Position numbers and translations under genes: made by a program. A stretch of DNA of 64,000 nucleotides from an uncultured virus (IMG/VR IMGVR_UViG_3300035208_003016) (Duplodnaviria > Heunggongvirae > Uroviricota > Caudoviricetes), in IMG/VR virus record IMGVR_UViG_3300035208_003016; one strand, given 5' to 3'. The first letter of the stretch is position 1. Each line of letters starts with the position of its first letter. Below the pieces are notes generated by a model. It was not told where the DNA came from, did not search any database, and saw only the letters and a program-made list of their open reading frames with translations. Positions 58,565 through 64,000 of this stretch are shown here, piece by piece.

Positions 58565-58974
58565 TAATTACCACAGCATGATTTAGGTTGTTTAAGTAAT
58601 TCTTCAGTTTTAGTTTTATTAGTTTTAAAATTAACTATTAACTTATTTTTAAGTTCTTTAGCTATCTGACAATATTCAAGTTCAAGTCTTAGTAAATTTT
58701 TATTTTCTTCAGAAAAGTCTATTGGACAAGATATATTTAATATATAATCTTGATCTTTAAGTAAAACTATTTCTTCAAATATATTTACGTTTATATTGTT
58801 AATTCTACAGAATGAAATTATATGACCGCCGACACATAGACCGAGTGATGATAATAATAACTCTAGAGGTGTATGAAAATATAAATTACTTGATGTCTTT
58901 CCTCGTATAGGAACTTTTCCTACTGAAGTAATATTAATAATGTTATTTTTATCTCTCAGATTAACTGTTATCAT
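58564..58974 (-). CDS. OsmC-like protein
   Basis: TPLELLLSSLGLC...C.IA..L. Confidence 0.6.
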   Translation of the reverse strand: MITVNLRDKNNIINITSVGKVPIRGKTSSNLYFHTPLELLLSSLGLCVGGHIISFCRINNINVNIFEEIVLLKDQDYILNISCPIDFSEENKNLLRLELEYCQIAKELKNKLIVNFKTNKTKTEELLKQPKSCCGN

Positions 58975-59225
58975 TGTTCTATTTGTCCACTGCCATTTAA
59001 TTATAAATTATGACTTTTATCGATACTTGGATATAATTCTAACTTTCCGTAATAATTAATACTTAATATATTTCCAGCATTATATTCATAAGTTCCATCT
59101 TTATTAACTATTGATAAAACTACACGATTATTATCTCTAAATAGTCTTAAGTATATTGGTGGTTTATTTTCTAATTGTAATTCAACTATTTCTTTTTCAT
59201 CATAAGCTCGTAGATTAAGCATATT

Positions 59226-60200
59226 TTATCCTATTTCTTTAATATCATTTATAGTTGGACCATAACCAAACCATGATATTTTTGAGATGTTATTTAATCT
59301 AGAATAAAATTCATTACAATTATCTTTATTAAGATAATTAATAAAATTCATAAATACATTAGTTACACCATTCATTAAACAAGATTCTTTATATTGTTCA
59401 ATAGAAAAAGAAAATAATCTTCTTACTTTTTTACTAATAGTTGTTAATTCTGGTACTTGCTTAATATCATTCCAGGTTATTTCATGTTGGTCTTGATAAT
59501 ATGGTCCTGAATAACCAATCATATTACCTATATTATCAAAATGATTAGCAACTCTAATTGGATAAGTACGCATACAAGCTATAATTTTATCGACCCATTG
59601 AATAGGAATTCCTGCATCAGCTAATCCTTGTTGTGGACTTGTATTACGGCTAGTACAATAAGGATAAAATCCATGATTTAGTGATAATGAATGTCCTTGT
59701 GGTATTGCTAATTGAATATGTTTACATGATTTTAACAATTCAAACCAATTTCTTGCACTAATTGTAAATTCTGGTAATATTTTATTAGCAGTATTTATAT
59801 TTTTAGGATCTCTATTTATTTTTTGAATAATAGAAGTACTAGTACCTCTCATAGTAGATCCTATTTGTATTAAATTCTTTTCTTTTTCTATATTATTTTC
59901 AGTTATTATTGTTGCATTTTCATGAATTAGAATTTTTGCATCTTTAGGAAGAAGTGCTTGCTCTTTCCAAAAATCAGTTATATTAATGATTGATCCTGGT
60001 GATAATAAATGTAAACATGGTGCATTAGTAGCAAATGTTGTCCATTTATTACCATTTGAATCAAAACCTCCAGAATTTGGACCAAAATTACTTACAATTG
60101 TATCTGGATTATATTTATGAAAATAATATTCATTAAAAAGTCGTTTACCTTCACTACCATATTGTCCACCAAAAATTATATCTACCTTTGGATTATTCAT
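59226..60200 (-). CDS. purZ: PurZ-like N6-succino-2-amino-dAMP synthase (PurA paralogue)
   Basis: GQYGSEGK (Ser in place of PurA catalytic Asp13), PNSG, IGST, QG.SLSLNHGFYPYCTSR, RTYPIRVAN, SGP.Y.DQ.E, ELTTISKKVRR.F.FS, NFINY. Confidence 0.75.
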   Translation of the reverse strand: MNNPKVDIIFGGQYGSEGKRLFNEYYFHKYNPDTIVSNFGPNSGGFDSNGNKWTTFATNAPCLHLLSPGSIINITDFWKEQALLPKDAKILIHENATIITENNIEKEKNLIQIGSTMRGTSTSIIQKINRDPKNINTANKILPEFTISARNWFELLKSCKHIQLAIPQGHSLSLNHGFYPYCTSRNTSPQQGLADAGIPIQWVDKIIACMRTYPIRVANHFDNIGNMIGYSGPYYQDQHEITWNDIKQVPELTTISKKVRRLFSFSIEQYKESCLMNGVTNVFMNFINYLNKDNCNEFYSRLNNISKISWFGYGPTINDIKEIG

Positions 60201-60201
60201 A

Positions 60202-61695
60202 TTATCCTATATCATAATTTTCAATAGTTTTAACTAAATTATTTTCACCTTGTTCTACAACTGAAATATAATCAAGTACTTTATCACTCCATCCAGCTAT
60301 AAGATTGACGTTATTACCAATTACTTTTATACTTCCATGCCCAGCTAGATCTATTGAATGAATCCACATGTTTTTATTTTTAGTTTTGAGCTGAGATGCA
60401 TATCTTTGAGTATCTGAAGTTCTATAATCATAAGAGCTATCATTATAACATTGCATATCTGAAAATATAATAACTCTATCAATAGGTTCATTTAAACTGT
60501 TAAGTACTTTAAACGCTTCATGAAGATTAGTACTATGACCTACTCCAGAATGCTCTAGTTTAGAAATATTATCAAATATACTTGCTTTTGTTGAAAGATG
60601 TATAATTTTAGCAGTTTCTCCAAATGGAACAGCTATAGAGTTATCACAAAATTTAACTGCTGCTGATGCTAAAAGATTACCAATTTGTCTCATTTGAACA
60701 ATACTATCTTTTGAAATAGTACTATCCATACTACCACTTTCATCAGTTATAATAGCAGTAGTTCCAGATAATTTAGGAAGATTTTCAAATGAAATCAATA
60801 GTGCATCTTCAATAGTATCTAGAACTTTTGTACATCTAGTTTTACCAAGAGTTTCAACCATTTTATAAGCAGAGAAAAATCTAAATGGAAGTTGTTTAGA
60901 TTTACGTACTTCTTCTGGATTCTTAAGTATGTTGCATACTTTATCTAGATGAATGTCTGAAATATTATTTTCAAGCATATTTTTAAGATTACGTAAAAGC
61001 ATCATATATCCAGCTTTACTATCTATAATCTCTTCCCATACTTTTTTACTTTGACCTTTTTCTGAAAGTATTGTTTCTCTTGTTTTAGGAGTTTTAAGAC
61101 GATCTTCTATAAGACGTTTCCAAAGATCAGCTTGTTCCTGATCTTTAGGTTTTGGTCGACATAAAAGTAATGCGTCTTTAAGCTTTACAGTGCTTTTAGA
61201 GCCTTTGTATCGTGAGAGGCTATATTCATCAAACTTTGGAAATACATCTGCTATACCTCTTCGTAAGCTTCTAGGAATAGGATTAACTTGTCTTTTACCT
61301 AAAGATAGATGATAAGCTAAGATATTAGTAATATCATCAACTCGTTCAATGATTTTACTGATCATTTTACGAACAATTCTATTACCTTTAGCACCTTTTG
61401 CTACTTCTGCGGCAAGTACATGAGATACACTACGCATATGAAATTCATTACGTGCGTAACAAGCAAGTCGTGCTACAAATTCAGGATCTTCAGATATAAC
61501 TCTACGTGCTACTGAAATAAGTTCTGAAGTATTATCTCCATAAAATTTAGGTTCATTAATGAAACTGGTGAGTACTTCTGTTACGAGTTTTTCTTTATCT
61601 TTAAGATCATAAGCGAGTCCACCAGCTTTATTTATTGTTTTTCTAGTAGTAATTGTTGATCTACCAGTACTAACTGCTTTTGTATTTGCTTTCAT
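60202..61695 (-). CDS. rsr: Ro60/Rsr TROVE-vWA RNA-binding protein
   Basis: NKAGGLAY, E.KFY, YARNE..MRSV, FDEYSL..Y, LLRNL.N, SKQLPFRF.SAY, MIDAS DESGSM, IIFSDMQ, DLAG.G, IAGWSDK. Confidence 0.92.
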   Translation of the reverse strand: MKANTKAVSTGRSTITTRKTINKAGGLAYDLKDKEKLVTEVLTSFINEPKFYGDNTSELISVARRVISEDPEFVARLACYARNEFHMRSVSHVLAAEVAKGAKGNRIVRKMISKIIERVDDITNILAYHLSLGKRQVNPIPRSLRRGIADVFPKFDEYSLSRYKGSKSTVKLKDALLLCRPKPKDQEQADLWKRLIEDRLKTPKTRETILSEKGQSKKVWEEIIDSKAGYMMLLRNLKNMLENNISDIHLDKVCNILKNPEEVRKSKQLPFRFFSAYKMVETLGKTRCTKVLDTIEDALLISFENLPKLSGTTAIITDESGSMDSTISKDSIVQMRQIGNLLASAAVKFCDNSIAVPFGETAKIIHLSTKASIFDNISKLEHSGVGHSTNLHEAFKVLNSLNEPIDRVIIFSDMQCYNDSSYDYRTSDTQRYASQLKTKNKNMWIHSIDLAGHGSIKVIGNNVNLIAGWSDKVLDYISVVEQGENNLVKTIENYDIG

Positions 61696-61752
61696 GACAC
61701 CCTCCGTAAGAGATTATATTTTTAATAAAGGTTAATATATAACCAATATAGG

Positions 61753-61983
61753 TTAATTTATAAACATTAAAATTATCCAAGTAAATATTGCTAAAGGAAT
61801 TGATAATTGTCCTATTGCTGGACAGAAACCTATAAGCGAACCTTGCCACCAAACTATAGCATCTGGTTTTCCCATAAAATTTAACCAACTATTAATCGTA
61901 TAAGGCCAACATATTGCTCCAATAATAGCACTTATAAGTAATATAAAAATAAATCCACCACAACTGGTTTTAACTGAAGCCAT
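61753..61983 (-). CDS. small membrane protein
   Basis: ATG at 61983 after AAGGAG; two hydrophobic segments. Confidence 0.6.
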   Translation of the reverse strand: MASVKTSCGGFIFILLISAIIGAICWPYTINSWLNFMGKPDAIVWWQGSLIGFCPAIGQLSIPLAIFTWIILMFIN

Positions 61984-62012
61984 AAAATTCTCCTTTAAGT
62001 TAAAATAAAAAA

Positions 62013-62075
62013 TAGCGGAAAAATCGATAAATGTATTTTTTTCACACAAGAAGTAACATTTATCAGCATCCGCTA
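62013..62075 (-). ncRNA. Y-RNA-like element 1 (minimal; no tRNA domain)
   Basis: TAGCGGA/TCCGCTA stem, TG/TTTT internal loop, GATAAATGT/ACATTTATC stem, TACTTC motif. Confidence 0.65.
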
Positions 62076-62082
62076 AAGTTAT

Positions 62083-62189
62083 ACAATAGTAATAAGAATC
62101 GAACTTACCTTTACGATACGTCTATCGATTAGTCTTCCAATAGGACTAGTCCTCGTGAGACCATGTTCCCCAGATCATCATACTATTGT
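62083..62189 (-). ncRNA. tRNA-like RNA with extra hairpins
   Basis: ACAATAGTA/TACTATTGT closing stem, GG-containing D-like loop, TGGTC/GACTA hairpin, two additional hairpins, T arm GTAAG-TTCGATT-CTTAT. Confidence 0.5.
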
Positions 62190-62326
62190 TTGTTATAATA
62201 ATATAGCGTGTTATTACACCAAAAAACTACCATTCAGATTAGCTTTATTTCAGCCACTCGCTTTTCATTTACTCATTAAAGATGCTCTACTATTAAGGCT
62301 ACTACTATATTATTAAAGTTAAAAAA

Positions 62327-62453
62327 TAAACGGTAAAAGCATTTTTAGTATTTTACGTGCTCTAACCAACTGAGCTATCTATTAGAATCTAATAGAAAAG
62401 GACTCGAACCTTTGACATCGTCATATGAAGTAACTAAAAATAACAACCGTTTA
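62327..62453 (-). ncRNA. Y-RNA-like element 2 with circularly permuted tRNA mimic (YrlA-like architecture)
   Basis: Shared stem and TACTTC; T arm AAAGG-TTCGAGT-CCTTT, then closed acceptor TCTATTA/TAATAGA, then D arm TAGCTCAGTTGGTTAGAGC. Confidence 0.8.
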
Positions 62454-62462
62454 ATATATAAA

Positions 62463-62556
62463 AATGAGAAAATCTATTAAAGTTATGGCCCATGCCGTAT
62501 AAGAAAAATCTTATACTTAGAATCGAACTAAGAAGTAGCTCTAATATACACTCATT
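62463..62556 (-). ncRNA. Y-RNA-like element 3 with reduced permuted tRNA mimic
   Basis: AATGAG/CTCATT stem, TACTTC, T arm CTTAG-TTCGATT-CTAAG, closed acceptor TATAAGA/TCTTATA, short GG-containing D-like hairpin. Confidence 0.75.
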
Positions 62557-62569
62557 ATAATTTACAAAA

Positions 62570-62650
62570 AGTGGGAAAATTTAAAAGTCTTGGTAAGTTT
62601 CCTTACCTTCTGATATGTATAGTAGAAGTAAGACTTTTTAAACACCCACT
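62570..62650 (-). ncRNA. Y-RNA-like element 4 (GAAA-tetraloop hairpin domain)
   Basis: AGTGGG/CCCACT stem, AAAAGTCTT/AAGACTTTT stem, TACTTC, GGTAAG-GAAA-CTTACC. Confidence 0.65.
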
Positions 62651-62658
62651 AAATTAAA

Positions 62659-62794
62659 TAAGATCGACAAAAATTATAGCAGTCTTTTTATACGGTCGCC
62701 TTACCACTTGGCTATAGATAACAAGTTATCTAGTAAGATTCGAACTTACGGTAACTGTTCCAATGGAAGTATCTGCTAAAAACATCCGACCTTA
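62659..62794 (-). ncRNA. Y-RNA-like element 5 with circularly permuted tRNA mimic
   Basis: TAGCAG/CTGCTA stem, TACTTC, T arm GTAAG-TTCGAAT-CTTAC, closed acceptor TAGATAA/TTATCTA, D arm TAGCCAAGTGGTAAGGC. Confidence 0.8.
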
Positions 62795-62797
62795 AAG

Positions 62798-63202
62798 TTA
62801 CTGTTTTGATTTGAAATGCAATTCTCTATGACAATTTGCACATAAAATTATACATTTATCTATTTCTTCTAATATTTTTGTCTTTGAACATCTTCCCATC
62901 ATTGATACTTCAAAATCTTTATTAGCTGGATCTACATGATGAAAATCTAACACATACCATCTATCATCTCTGCAGTTTTTACAAGATAAAGTTTTCTTTA
63001 AGTCAATATACCACTCTCGTATTCCATTTTCGTATGTCTTTCTTGTATTTTTTTCTTCTATTTTATGATCTTGATAATATTTTAGTCTTCTTTTAGTTGA
63101 ACAGTCAATACAGTACGGTTGTAGTACTGTTTTGGTTTTTAATTTTCTTTTCCAAAATTTATCATCATCTAAATGTCTATTACATTTTTTGCAATATTTC
63201 AT
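62798..63202 (-). CDS. HNH endonuclease
   Basis: CKKC...CIDC, CKNC...LDFHHVDP..K...E..KC..LCANCHRELH. Confidence 0.85.
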   Translation of the reverse strand: MKYCKKCNRHLDDDKFWKRKLKTKTVLQPYCIDCSTKRRLKYYQDHKIEEKNTRKTYENGIREWYIDLKKTLSCKNCRDDRWYVLDFHHVDPANKDFEVSMMGRCSKTKILEEIDKCIILCANCHRELHFKSKQ

Positions 63203-63569
63203 AGTGACCTCCTATATTTAGTATAGGCTGTCATTTATATTTTTGATTGACAATCAAGTGCATTAACCAACTATGCTAATATATCATTAAAGTATCCGTT
63301 TTCAAAATCATTCAATAAATGTACACCATTAGTAAAATTATATTTAAAATCTGTAGATTTTACATATTCAAGAAAAAGTGGTTGTTCAGTAACAGAAAAA
63401 CCATCATAACTACCATTTTTAAATATAACGCTTATTGCAGTACCAAGTCCATCAAAGTCTGGATATTCGTCATAAACGTATCCTAGAGTATTTATTGGAT
63501 TTGCTAGACAAAGTACTTTAAGTTTTACTATATCTCCAATTTTCATAAAAATCCTTAAATAAATTATAA

Positions 63570-63690
63570 TATAATGAAAAAAGCTAGAACAGAGATTGTC
63601 GGCTATACGACTTTAAGTATTACTTAAAGCTCTGAATTTCACGTTTATACAAATTATAAAAGAAGTAACTGTTCTAAAACATCCATTATA
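63570..63690 (-). ncRNA. Y-RNA-like element 6
   Basis: TATAATG/CATTATA stem, TAGAACAG/CTGTTCTA stem, TACTTC, internal hairpins CTTTAAGT/ACTTAAAG. Confidence 0.65.
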
Positions 63691-63715
63691 TCATAAAAAT
63701 TAAAAATAAATTAAG

Positions 63716-64000
63716 CTATGTAATATTTATCTTTTCCCATAAAAATGGTATATAAGTTGCTCTTATTCCAACATTACCTAGAACATTAAGCATTGCTGCT
63801 GCTCCAATATTATTAGCAGTATGAATAAATATCTTGTCTGGAGCATGTTCTGGATTATTTGCTATCCAATTAGCAACTTCATATCCAGTACCTTCACCAG
63901 GTACATCAAAAGTATCACCAAGATCATGATCTAACATGAGATAATCATACTTATTATTTTTAAGAAGATCTATTGCTTCTTTAGGTATGTCTGTAAAAGT
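63716..64000 (-). CDS. cyclic-phosphate-processing receiver-domain protein (5' end outside the window)
   Basis: Frame open to the window edge: YDYLMLDHDLG...GTGYEVANWI...IHTAN.IGA..M. Confidence 0.7.
   Translation of the reverse strand, partial: TFTDIPKEAIDLLKNNKYDYLMLDHDLGDTFDVPGEGTGYEVANWIANNPEHAPDKIFIHTANNIGAAAMLNVLGNVGIRATYIPFLWEKINIT

Noticed and set aside
62327..62794. Calling elements 2, 3 and 5 ordinary tRNA genes
   Set aside because: The T arm precedes the D arm, the acceptor stem is closed by a loop and there is no anticodon loop
62013..63690. CRISPR array or mini-array interpretation of the repeated GAAGTA units, given a Cas4-like gene in the window
   Set aside because: Only a 6-nt motif is identical, spacing is irregular and the flanks covary as stems; this fits structured RNAs, not repeat-spacer units

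Overview
Very AT-rich, gene-dense 64-kb segment that looks like part of a large (jumbo-type) dsDNA phage genome; no virion structural genes are recognisable in this window, so that assignment is an inference. Almost all genes are on the minus strand; the only convincing plus-strand gene is a Cas4-like nuclease driven by a back-to-back sigma70 promoter pair. Replication and recombination genes: primase-helicase fusion, family B DNA polymerase, UvrD, RecA, Rad52-like annealase, SSB, resolvase-like nucleases. Also present: a sigma factor, two AAA+ ATPases (ClpA/C-like; Ycf46-like with DUF1257/DUF2997), glycosyltransferases (one split by a 236-nt group I intron), radical SAM enzymes, several HNH/GIY-YIG endonucleases and tRNAs. 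Five features stand out. (1) A Ro60/TROVE gene lies downstream of an array of six Y-RNA-like ncRNAs that share a covarying stem plus a TACTTC motif but carry different domains, three of them circularly permuted tRNA mimics. (2) There are 13 paralogues with an N-terminal MKxRxGFVSNSSSSS motif, 11 of them clustered downstream of a radical SAM/SPASM enzyme. (3) A short [IVLM]NLRx(D) peptide motif recurs in about 19 unrelated proteins, mostly at their termini. (4) A di-Gly ubiquitin-like protein lies near a ThiF/E1 enzyme. (5) A PurZ-like gene occurs together with a family B polymerase. There is one assembly gap (N run, 25844-25853). All functional calls come from motif recognition by eye; no database searches were run.
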